Origin: Pyrolobus fumarii 1A
Lineage (GTDB): Archaea > Thermoproteota > Thermoprotei_A > Sulfolobales > Pyrodictiaceae
Assembly (NCBI RefSeq): GCF_000223395.1
Contig: NC_015931.1
Span: forward strand, 480,001 to 512,000
Length of the DNA: 32,000 nt
Reading direction: 5' to 3'
Shown here in pieces: positions 24,260 to 32,000 of the stretch; positions within the stretch are counted from its first letter, which is position 1; the number at the start of each line of letters is the position of its first letter. Under the pieces are notes generated by a model. The model had not been told where the DNA came from. It searched no databases and saw only the letters and a list, made by a program, of their open reading frames with translations. The position numbers were made by a program, and so were the translations under genes.

Positions 24260-24304
24260 CCGCCCTCCGGGGCCCCGGGGCAGAACCCCGGGCCCCCGGA
24301 GGGC
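24260..24304. other. 20-bp GC hairpin at the start of an ~85% GC element
   Basis: CGCCCTCCGGGGCCCCGGGG-CAGAA-CCCCGGGCCCCCGGAGGGCG. 19 of 20 positions pair, with a 5-nt loop. Confidence 0.8.
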
Positions 24305-24734
24305 GGAAAGCAGCCCCCGAGGGGTGAGGGGGGCGCAAGGCCCCCCGCCCCAAGGCACCCCGGCGGGGCCCCCGGGCGGCAGGGGCGCCCCCCGCCCCCC
24401 AAGGGGACGGGGGTGGGGGCCACCGCCCCGGCCCGTGGGGTCCCGTCGGGGCGATGAGGGGCGGGCCCCCTCGGGGGCACAGTGGCGCCCCGAGGCCCGT
24501 AGCGTTGGCATAGCTGAGCCTAGTGTTCTAGAGCCCTGCATTGTGTTCTGCTGTTGTTTTGCAGTGCTGCGTTGATTGTCTTGGTTTTGCGGGGCGGGCC
24601 TCGGGGCGCGAGTGGGGTGGCTCCTAGCCTCCGCCCGGTTGTTTTCTTGCTTTCTCCCCCCGTTCTCGTTCTGGTGGTTTTGGTCTCTCGCCCGATGATG
24701 GGTTTCTCTCCCTGAGGGCACCAGGTTTCCGGCC

Positions 24735-26024
24735 TTGTCCTCCCCCATGTCCCCCTGGTTCTCCTGTCTGCGCAGTGGTCGTTGCCTCCGCGTGACTGAC
24801 GCTGTCGAGATGCTCGTGTGTCGGGTTAACCCGGTTGTTCTCGTCGGTGCGCCGGGTGTCGGGAAGACTAGCCTTGTGAGGGAGGCTGCGAGGAGGTACG
24901 CCGAGGAGCGTGGCCTTGTGTTCGTGGATTTGACGTCTGGTGTTGTCAGCGTCGATGGTTGTAAGGGGCCGCTGCACGATGTGCGTGTGAGGAGGTGTCT
25001 TGTTAGGCTTGTGGAGCGCGACCCGGATAGGTTTATGCTGTTCTACCGTATGGTGATGTCCCACGTTCTGCCCGAGGACCTGCTCGGTGTGCCCCGCGTG
25101 GATAGCGAGACATCCACAGTTGTGTATCACAAGCCTCTCCCGGTACACCTTATGACGGTTGAGGGTGTGCACGGGGTGCTGTTCCTGGATGAGGTGTCGA
25201 GCGTGGCGCGTGACGATGTGCGTAGCCTGCTATACGCGATGCTCGACGAGAGGCGTGTAGGTGACGTGGTGTTGTCGAGCAGGGTGTTCATAGTGGCTAG
25301 CGGCAATAGGCTAGGCGACGATGATAGTGTGGAGCCTCTCCCGGCGCCTATAGTGAACCGCGCTGTTGTCGTCCACGTGGTGCCGCCTTCTATCGAGGAG
25401 TGGGGCGAGTATATGGACGGGAGGTACGAGAGGTGGTGGAGCGATGCGCTCGGCTACCTGCTTCTTAGGCCCTCCCTCTTCCAGGGTAGGCCAGCCCGTA
25501 GCCGCCTCACCGGCTACGATAGCTTCCCGTCTCCACGCTCTTGGGAGAAGCTGGCTGGCGAGGTCATGGTGAGGGCGTGTAGGTGGAACCATAGGCGTTG
25601 CAGCCTGGCGAGCTTCGTGGTCGGGAGGAGGGCGTGGGAGGAGGTGCTGAGGCTTGACAAGCTCGCCGCCAGGATGGGCATAGACGTTGGGAGCCTAGCG
25701 GATGTTGCTGTTGAGGATCTCCTGGTGAGCAGGCCGGGGCTTGTTGTGGAGGCTCCCGAGGTTGCGGCCGACATGGTGGCGTACGATGTTATAGTCCGGG
25801 GTGAGGAGGGTTCCCTAGACACGCTGGCCGATGTGCTAGCCAAGCTGAGGGGGTCTAGGCTTGACGTGGAGGGCGTGATAGCCAGGATAGAGGCGTTGAT
25901 GAGGGTGTCGAGGGAGCTGGGGTTGGAGCTGGCGAGGAGGCTCTCGGAGAGGGACGAGGGGCTGGATAGAGCCATACGCGCCTACATCGAGAGGGTTGTG
26001 AGGCAAGGCTCGCGGCCGCCTTGA
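24735..26024 (+). CDS. MoxR-like AAA+ ATPase (AAA_5 type)
   Basis: Walker A VVLVGAPGVGKTS, Walker B GVLFLDEV, and the following ...ASGNR.../...SPRSW segments are typical of MoxR/CbbQ-like ATPases. TTGA overlap with the downstream VWA gene. Confidence 0.75.
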   Translation: MSSPMSPWFSCLRSGRCLRVTDAVEMLVCRVNPVVLVGAPGVGKTSLVREAARRYAEERGLVFVDLTSGVVSVDGCKGPLHDVRVRRCLVRLVERDPDRFMLFYRMVMSHVLPEDLLGVPRVDSETSTVVYHKPLPVHLMTVEGVHGVLFLDEVSSVARDDVRSLLYAMLDERRVGDVVLSSRVFIVASGNRLGDDDSVEPLPAPIVNRAVVVHVVPPSIEEWGEYMDGRYERWWSDALGYLLLRPSLFQGRPARSRLTGYDSFPSPRSWEKLAGEVMVRACRWNHRRCSLASFVVGRRAWEEVLRLDKLAARMGIDVGSLADVAVEDLLVSRPGLVVEAPEVAADMVAYDVIVRGEEGSLDTLADVLAKLRGSRLDVEGVIARIEALMRVSRELGLELARRLSERDEGLDRAIRAYIERVVRQGSRPP

Positions 26025-27379
26025 GGGTGCGTGTCTCGTTCAAGCCCCGCCCCGCCCTTAGGCCGGGCGACGCTCTCGACAAGGCTGCTGTGATGCTGGT
26101 GCTTTGCAGGCTACTCGGGGTCGCCGGTAGGGTTGCGTCTGCATCCACGCGCCTCGGTGTTTCGAGGCTCCTGCGAGAGGTGGAGGTGTTTATCGCGCCG
26201 GTTTTCGAGGAGGGTGCCCCCGCCTTCACGGACGGCAGGCGCGTGTACATCGATGCCAGGTTCATGCTCTTCTCTGGCCTGGCCGAGATACTCGACATCG
26301 TCGTTCTACACGAGCTTGTGCACGTGGGGCTCGCGCACCCCGAGAGGAGCGGGAGGCTAGTCGCGTCGGGGGTCTCGCCGGGCGCGGTGCTCCTAGCAGC
26401 CGACTACATCGTGTTTAGGAGGCTCGTGGAGGCTCTAGGTGCGCATACCGCGGGGCTACTGAGGCGGTGGTTGCACGTCGACGACAAGCTCCTCGACTGG
26501 CTCCTATCCACCATAGGCGAGGGCATAGAGGAGTACAGGGATGCCCCCCTGGAGGTTGTCGCCGAGGCTGTCGACCGGGCTCTCCGCCACCTCCAAGCTA
26601 TGAGGCCGAGGCTGGTGCACGCCGTCGCCGGGGACCAGCTTAACGACCTGGAGCGTTTCATAGGCTCTCTGGACGGTCTTGCAACAGAGCGCCGGGTTGA
26701 GAACGACGACCGCGAGCACCGTATGCTGATCTCGCTGTTGGCGCGTATGCTTAGGAGGGTGTTGAGGAGAGTCTCTGGCGTGGAGAGGAGCAGGCTAAAC
26801 TCATACCAGCGTACACCCTCCAGGCCCTCGAGGCGCCTCGGGTCTCCCCCAACCACACTCTACGCTCCGGGTGGAGCGTCGGCACCCCGTCTCTACGCGT
26901 TGATAGACACTAGCCTATCGATACCCTCGTGGGTCATAGCCGAGGCGGCTAGGGTCGTGGCTGGTGCCGCGAGGAGGCTAGGGTATAGACGCGTCTACAC
27001 GATACTATGGTCGGATAGGCCCTACTTCGCCGGGAGCGTGCCGAGCAGGCGTCTCGTGGAGGAGGTTGCGTCGCGGGCGGAGGGCGGGGGCACGCTCCTC
27101 GCGCCAGCACTGAGGCTCGTATCGAGGCTCGGCCCCCAGAGGAGCGCCATAGTGATACTCTCGGACTTCGGTATAGCCGACGACCTAACCGTCGTCAAGA
27201 AGCTCCTTGGGTCGTTGAGGGCCTCCGGAGCCAGGATAATACTGGTGTTGATGCCTGGTTTTGAGGTCAGGGATGTGTTCAGGGAGCTGGGAAGGTACGC
27301 CGACGCAGCCATTGATATCGTTGAGGAGTTGCACGAGCTGCGCGCCAGGCGCGGGCCGGGTGCAACGCCTACACGATGA
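26021..27379 (+). CDS. VWA-domain protein with an N-terminal putative HExxH metallopeptidase domain (DUF2201-like architecture)
   Basis: VVLHELVHVGLAHPERS (HExxH), and in the C-terminal half LYALIDTSLSI (DxSxS MIDAS motif). The classic partner of MoxR ATPases. Confidence 0.7.
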   Translation: MRVRVSFKPRPALRPGDALDKAAVMLVLCRLLGVAGRVASASTRLGVSRLLREVEVFIAPVFEEGAPAFTDGRRVYIDARFMLFSGLAEILDIVVLHELVHVGLAHPERSGRLVASGVSPGAVLLAADYIVFRRLVEALGAHTAGLLRRWLHVDDKLLDWLLSTIGEGIEEYRDAPLEVVAEAVDRALRHLQAMRPRLVHAVAGDQLNDLERFIGSLDGLATERRVENDDREHRMLISLLARMLRRVLRRVSGVERSRLNSYQRTPSRPSRRLGSPPTTLYAPGGASAPRLYALIDTSLSIPSWVIAEAARVVAGAARRLGYRRVYTILWSDRPYFAGSVPSRRLVEEVASRAEGGGTLLAPALRLVSRLGPQRSAIVILSDFGIADDLTVVKKLLGSLRASGARIILVLMPGFEVRDVFRELGRYADAAIDIVEELHELRARRGPGATPTR

Positions 27380-27427
27380 CAGCCTGTTGCACCAGGTTGA
27401 GAGTGTCTATCTCGAGGCTAGAGGCGG

Positions 27428-27658
27428 GTGCTGACAGTGACGCGTAGGCGCCGGAAGACGGTTGACGTGCTTGATGAGGTGTTGGAGAGGTTGACGTGCT
27501 GCGAGGAGGGTGGAGAGTGTAGCGGGGAGACGGAGTACAGCGTGTACGACGAGAATACTAAGCAGCTAGTGTATCTCGTGGCGTGTCATGACAGTGTTCT
27601 GTTGCATGGTGGTGTGCGTGGCCTCCTCTCTCGCAGATTGCATCGAGAAGCTGGGTAG
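27428..27658 (+). CDS. Small Cys-containing ORF, possibly the frameshifted 5' part of the next gene
   Basis: 76-aa ORF (LTCCEEGGECSG) that overlaps the 27588 ORF by 71 nt in another frame. Confidence 0.3.
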   Translation: MLTVTRRRRKTVDVLDEVLERLTCCEEGGECSGETEYSVYDENTKQLVYLVACHDSVLLHGGVRGLLSRRLHREAG

Positions 27659-28619
27659 CGCGGTAGAGGCGCTTGTGGAGGCTGCCAGGCTGTGCGGGGA
27701 GGACCCGAGCTGCTATGCTAGTATCGCGCGCGGCCTCCCTCCCCACCCATTCACCCGCAAGGGTGACCCGGCCTGCTACGAGCTTCTACGTAGGCGTGTA
27801 AGGGCCTCCGTGGGGCAGGGTCGCTTATGCAACATAGTCTACTCGATACGCTTGGATGTGCTCGGGCGCGTCTATGTGGCTCGTGGCGCGGCGCCTGGGC
27901 TCCGCGTGGCTACATACCAGTGTAACGACGAGAGCCTGTTTAGCATCGTGCTGGGGGGTCGCGGCGCGAGCGGCAACAGCACTGTAGTGTTGGGCGGGGT
28001 TGCGCTGCCCCTGGCCACACCCCGGCCCAGCCTTGAGCTCGAGCTGAAACCAGACGCGCTTAGAGCTATGCTGCTCGGCGTGGCGTCCGGGCTGTACGGC
28101 GTCTCACGTGGCACAGCGAGGCTCAGGAGGCTGTTAAGCCGCATAGTCCTTTACATACTCTCGCAGTATGCTGGTAGCGTAGTGTCCGGCGAGAATGCGA
28201 GAGGATGGCACCCCCACGCGACGCTAAGATCGTTGTGGCTGAGGCTCCCGGTGCCCATCCCGTGTAGACCCTTCCCCACCGCCGCCCTCGTCGAGTGCCG
28301 CGATGAGACCGCCCTAGCCGCGCTCTACAAGAGGCTAGCCCACTGGGCGCTCAACACTATCACAGCCCTCCTGGAGTACGAGGATGTGACGGTATCGAGG
28401 CTGATGGGTGGAGACGTGTTCGTTGCAAGGCTCATGGTGGTCGGTGTGGGGGGCGGTGGGCAGGTGAGGGGGTTCACGGTGTTCCAGGGCGACCTGGACA
28501 CGTTTAGGAGGGTGACTCGCCGTGCTGGCTGCCGAGCCAAGCTATACCCCCTCGACGCTGTGAAGATCCACCATAGAGGCTCGTGCACACACCCGGCCGC
28601 GTCGTGGTACCGCAGCTAG
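27588..28619 (+). CDS. Hypothetical protein, third gene of the MoxR/VWA cluster
   Basis: 343-aa ORF on the same strand. No motif recognised. Confidence 0.5.
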   Translation: MTVFCCMVVCVASSLADCIEKLGSAVEALVEAARLCGEDPSCYASIARGLPPHPFTRKGDPACYELLRRRVRASVGQGRLCNIVYSIRLDVLGRVYVARGAAPGLRVATYQCNDESLFSIVLGGRGASGNSTVVLGGVALPLATPRPSLELELKPDALRAMLLGVASGLYGVSRGTARLRRLLSRIVLYILSQYAGSVVSGENARGWHPHATLRSLWLRLPVPIPCRPFPTAALVECRDETALAALYKRLAHWALNTITALLEYEDVTVSRLMGGDVFVARLMVVGVGGGGQVRGFTVFQGDLDTFRRVTRRAGCRAKLYPLDAVKIHHRGSCTHPAASWYRS

Positions 28620-28641
28620 CCTAGAGACGCGATACACGTGC

Positions 28642-29196
28642 GTGGAGATGCGTCCCGCGGAGACCAGCTTTACCGTGCTTCGGGGAGGTTGTAAGTGGGC
28701 GTCGGGCTTGACCAGCATAGTTGCTCTCCGGCTTCCTCGCAGCGTGGTTGAGAGGCTGGAGCGCGAGGCTAGAGGGCTTGGCATGGGTCTAGAGGAGTAC
28801 GTGTTAGAGCTTCTCCTGCATGACCTGGATCCGCCGGAGCGTGTGAGAGAGTACATCGAGGCCGCTAGGTTACTCCTTCAACGGGCTCGGGAGGAGCTAG
28901 AGAAGGGGGATGTTAGGCAGGCTGCTGAGAAGGCGTGGGGGGCTGCTGCGCTGGCTGTCAAGGCCTACGCGGCGTGGAGGGATGGGAGGAGACTAGCGAG
29001 CCACGGCGAGCTATGGGAGTACAAGAGGAGGCTGGAGAAGGAGCTTGGAGAGTGGGTTCACGACGCTTGGATGAACGCCACGGGGATGCACGTGTGCTTC
29101 TACGAGGGGTGGTGTACGCGGGAGGATGTGGAGAAAGCTTTGGAGAGAATCGGGAGGCTGGTAGGTGAGATCGGGAAGCGTGTAGGGGCACGGTAG
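28642..29196 (+). CDS. PaREP1-like protein with an RHH-like N-terminus (true start probably the TTG at ~28708)
   Basis: EKAWGAAALAVKAYAAWRDGRRLASHGELWEY matches the PaREP1-family core as I recall it. The N-terminal VALRLPRSVVERLEREA resembles a ribbon-helix-helix strand. Confidence 0.6.
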   Translation: MEMRPAETSFTVLRGGCKWASGLTSIVALRLPRSVVERLEREARGLGMGLEEYVLELLLHDLDPPERVREYIEAARLLLQRAREELEKGDVRQAAEKAWGAAALAVKAYAAWRDGRRLASHGELWEYKRRLEKELGEWVHDAWMNATGMHVCFYEGWCTREDVEKALERIGRLVGEIGKRVGAR

Positions 29197-29466
29197 CCCC
29201 GCGCCGCGGGCAACCATGGCGGGATTTGAGGCCACGGGGTATTTCTCGAACGTGTCTTTGCTGGAAACATTCTTTCGGGTTGGTAACCTGGGCGGTGGCT
29301 GCATGCGTGGCGGGCATCACGTGTTACGTGCGTATTGTCTAGCTCCCTCTTCGCGCTTCCGCATCTCTAGACGCTGGTGTTACGCGTAGCATGCAACGAC
29401 CTCATGCGTGGGAACGTTGCACCCCAGTGTTATGTGTTGAGGCCCCGGCGTACATGATGGTGGTAT

Positions 29467-30027
29467 GTGTTGGCGGTTAGGGTCGAAAGACTCGCCCTAT
29501 ACACTCTCCTCGCCGTAACCATACTAGCGTCCACGGTCGTCCTCTCGAAGCTATACAGTTACATCACGACCAACGTGTCTGTGGGCTTCGCGTCTACGGG
29601 CATAGAGGTTAGGGGCGCTAGGGTTGTCGAGAAGCCGGATGGGGTCGACGCCTCTATTAGCGTTGAGGAGTCGCTTTGGGGTGACAGCCTGGTCATAGAC
29701 ATCAGTGTGGACGGCTTGTCGGATAACGATAGGGTTGTATTCGAGTTTGAGGTTGTGAACACGGGCTCTAGGAGCGTCGAGCTCAGCGTTGAGAGCTTGA
29801 AGCGTAGGATAGGCGGCTGGGGGTGCTACGTCGACGTTACTGTACAGAGGCGGGGGTTGCTAGGCTGGATTAACGTCAACACCTGGGATAAGTTCGAGCT
29901 GGACGCTGGCGACTCGATGACATTCCGGATTATAATTGAGGCTCCGAGCGGCGTGAGCGACAGCTGCGCCGGCGACAGTATAAGCGACACGGACGTCTTC
30001 AAGCTCAGCGTTGAAGCCGGGAGCTAG
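29467..30027 (+). CDS. Secreted or membrane-anchored beta-rich hypothetical protein
   Basis: N-terminal hydrophobic helix (LALYTLLAVTILASTVVL), then beta-strand-rich sequence. Confidence 0.5.
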   Translation: MLAVRVERLALYTLLAVTILASTVVLSKLYSYITTNVSVGFASTGIEVRGARVVEKPDGVDASISVEESLWGDSLVIDISVDGLSDNDRVVFEFEVVNTGSRSVELSVESLKRRIGGWGCYVDVTVQRRGLLGWINVNTWDKFELDAGDSMTFRIIIEAPSGVSDSCAGDSISDTDVFKLSVEAGS

Positions 30028-30047
30028 GCGTAGGGGTGTCACTGACG

Positions 30048-30779
30048 CTACTCTAGCCCCCATCTTACGCTCCTCGCGGCTACAGTCATAGATGCTACCA
30101 GCCACGCTATGAGCGCGGTTAGCGGTAGTATCGGCGGGTATGGGCTTAGGCCCACGAGGCTCCGTGCGAACTCTGCCGCCGCGCCCGTCGGGACGAGCGT
30201 CACGACAAGTAGCCTGAAGGGCTCCGGGATTACTGCTGCCGGGTAGAAGACCGGCGGCAGCATCATCAACGCGAAGCTTATCGGGTTGGTTATCGCCGCT
30301 ATGTTTGTCGGCTTCTCTATCCTCATGGCTATGGCTAGGCCGAGGGCTGTACTGGTGGGTGTGAGTAGAAGCATTGCTGCGAAGCCAGCCAGGAGGTAGT
30401 GTAGCGCGTTGAGCAGCACAGCCACAACTATCATGACGGCGAGCGGTGCCGGGGCGAAGATGAGGTGCCCGAGTAGCGCGCCGATGATATAGGCTCTTGG
30501 CGTTACCGGGGACGCCACGAGCATGTCTATCATCCCCGTTATTCGCTTCCAACCCACCTCCTGCCCGACCACGTTGAGACCCAGCGAGAGGCCACTAGCC
30601 ACCATGAATGCTATGAGGGTGTGGCGTACCGCGCCGACACCGCCCCACGCGTAGAGTATCACCATGAACGCAACTACAGTGAACACCTCTTGCACTATCC
30701 ACATTGGTTGTCTCAGCACCCATCTCGACTCGAGGACGGCGACGCCCAGCACCTTGCGGAGGGTCTCCCGGAGGCTCAC
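30048..30779 (-). CDS. ABC-2 type transporter permease
   Basis: 243 aa with ~6 TM helices. 4-nt overlap with the upstream ABC ATPase gene. Confidence 0.7.
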   Translation of the reverse strand: MSLRETLRKVLGVAVLESRWVLRQPMWIVQEVFTVVAFMVILYAWGGVGAVRHTLIAFMVASGLSLGLNVVGQEVGWKRITGMIDMLVASPVTPRAYIIGALLGHLIFAPAPLAVMIVVAVLLNALHYLLAGFAAMLLLTPTSTALGLAIAMRIEKPTNIAAITNPISFALMMLPPVFYPAAVIPEPFRLLVVTLVPTGAAAEFARSLVGLSPYPPILPLTALIAWLVASMTVAARSVRWGLE

Positions 30780-31714
30780 CGCGCGCCACCCCTCGTGTGG
30801 TACAGGTAGACGTCCTCCAGCCCAACCTCCTCTATCGTGACGCTCTCCGCGTCAACCCTCGAGGCTATCTCGGAGGCCTCACCGCGGTCGCGCGCGTAGA
30901 GCACGAGCATGTCGCCGATCTCTAGCCTCGGGCCGCTCCACTCGACCCTCCTGGGTCTCCGGAGCACGACGCGGTAACGGTAGGGTATGCTGCTCCGCAG
31001 CTCCTGGGGCGGGCCCTCGGCAGCCACACGCCCCTCGCTTATAAGCACCAGGTGGTCTGCGAGCGCCTCAGCCTCCCTCATGTCGTGTGTCGTCAGGAGA
31101 ACAGCGCTGCCCGACGAGGCGTACCTCCTCACGATGCCCCACACGCTGTACTTCGACTCCACGTCGAGGCCCGTGGACGGCTCGTCCAGGAACACCACCT
31201 CGGCGCCAGTAGCGAGCGCCATAGCGGTCACAACCTTCCTCTTCTGGCCTCCGGAGAGGTGCCAACCAGGCCTATCCCTCACATCCCAGAGCCCGAGCTC
31301 CTCTAGCACCTCCCTAGCCCTCGCATAGGCATCCGAGACGCTCCACCCACGGGCAACCAGGTACCACTTCACGGCCTCCATGGGCGTGAGGTTCGGGTCT
31401 ATGCTCGCCTCCTGTGGCACCAGCGCAATCCTCCTACGAACCTCCCAAGCCTCACGCACCACGTCGAAACCAGCCACAAGCCCACGACCGCCAGTAGGCC
31501 TAAGGAGAGTAGCCAGCATCTTCACGGTCGTGGTCTTCCCGGCGCCATTCGGCCCGAGGACGACCGTCACACGGCCATACGAGGCCCGGAAGGACACCTC
31601 CCTCGCGCCCCACACGCCATTAGGATACCGCTTCGAGAGGCTCTCGGCTACAACAGCCTCGCCGCGCGCCAAGATGCCCCGGGGCCTCCACAACCCCGCG
31701 ACAATACCCGACAT
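30776..31714 (-). CDS. ABC transporter ATP-binding protein (ABC-2/multidrug type). The ORF is open to 31855, but ATG 31714 is preferred.
   Basis: Walker A GPNGAGKTT, signature LSGGQKRK, Walker B VVFLDEPSTGLD, H-loop LLTTHDM. Confidence 0.9.
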   Translation of the reverse strand: MSGIVAGLWRPRGILARGEAVVAESLSKRYPNGVWGAREVSFRASYGRVTVVLGPNGAGKTTTVKMLATLLRPTGGRGLVAGFDVVREAWEVRRRIALVPQEASIDPNLTPMEAVKWYLVARGWSVSDAYARAREVLEELGLWDVRDRPGWHLSGGQKRKVVTAMALATGAEVVFLDEPSTGLDVESKYSVWGIVRRYASSGSAVLLTTHDMREAEALADHLVLISEGRVAAEGPPQELRSSIPYRYRVVLRRPRRVEWSGPRLEIGDMLVLYARDRGEASEIASRVDAESVTIEEVGLEDVYLYHTRGGAR

Positions 31715-31931
31715 AATAACAGCTTTGTGTGCAAACAGCCACACGTCAATATTGAATGGTAGGACAATTGTCGCCGGTAAAGACGGGTTTAGCGCGGCAG
31801 GTATCATAGCGAGCAAGGCTAGACTCTCGTTACACGGCGTCCATGCAACGCGCAACTATAATCCAGTTAGGTACCCGCAAACCCCAGACGTAGAAATAGA
31901 CGAGCCTATCTCAGTCCTGCTGGGGGAGGTT

Positions 31932-32000
31932 GTGCACACCACGGTGACTATCCGTATCCCGAGGAGCATGGTCAAGAGGCTTGCAAGGGAGGCTGAGAAG
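31932..32000 (+). CDS. Partial ORF (first 23 codons), paralogous to the N-terminus of the 28642-29196 PaREP1-like gene
   Basis: GTG at 31932 is preceded by GGGGAGGTTGT, the same string found at 28683-28693. It translates to VHTTVTIRIPRSMVKRLAREAEK (compare VALRLPRSVVERLEREA). Confidence 0.4.
   Translation, partial: MHTTVTIRIPRSMVKRLAREAEK

Noticed and set aside
23187-24748. Minus-strand ORFs 23187-23603, 23649-24353, 23948-24748 and 24247-24480, and plus-strand 24324-24575
   Set aside because: They are antisense to the well-supported coiled-coil gene or lie in the ~85% GC element. Their products are Ser/Leu or Pro/Gly/Arg low-complexity.
1-32000. Search for cas1, cas2, cas4, cas6, cas3, cas10, integrase, transposase, rRNA and tRNA genes
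   Set aside because: None of the track ORFs or my own translations showed the corresponding hallmark motifs: HD or DEAD-box helicase, Cas6 G-rich loop, Cas10 GGDD, tyrosine-recombinase R-H-R-Y, or DDE. Their absence from the window is an observation, not proof of absence from the genome.

Overview
GC-rich archaeal (crenarchaeote-like) accessory region that reads as a defence/toxin-antitoxin island built around a CRISPR locus. From left to right: (1) minus-strand type I-A Cascade genes csa5-cas7(csa2)-cas5a, then a partial Cys-rich ORF that runs off the left edge; (2) two convergent HEPN-MNT pairs; (3) two divergent membrane proteins; (4) a stand-alone CARF protein; (5) an orphan inverted pair of CRISPR-repeat-like sequences at 8.1 kb; (6) a long minus-strand gene run with small helical paralogues, a Doc toxin, several small membrane proteins and a PIN protein; (7) CRISPR array 1 (4 repeats, no leader); (8) an 8.27-kb block of uncharacterised genes holding about 1.2 kb of very GC-rich non-coding DNA with a repeated 17-nt motif around a winged-helix gene; (9) CRISPR array 2 (18 identical 25-nt repeats) with its leader; (10) a coiled-coil surface protein; (11) an ~85% GC hairpin/G-tract element; (12) a translationally coupled MoxR-type AAA+ / VWA-HExxH operon with unknown downstream genes; (13) PaREP1-like genes; (14) an ABC-2 transporter. 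No cas1, cas2, cas4, cas6 or cas3, and no rRNA or tRNA, was recognised. The most interesting signals are the apparent splitting of one ancestral array by the 8.27-kb block (with related junction motifs), the ATGTTGCAAACCATGG repeat family, the inverted orphan repeat hairpin, and the MoxR/VWA operon next to the leader. Functional calls rest on motifs I recognise by eye. No database search was possible.
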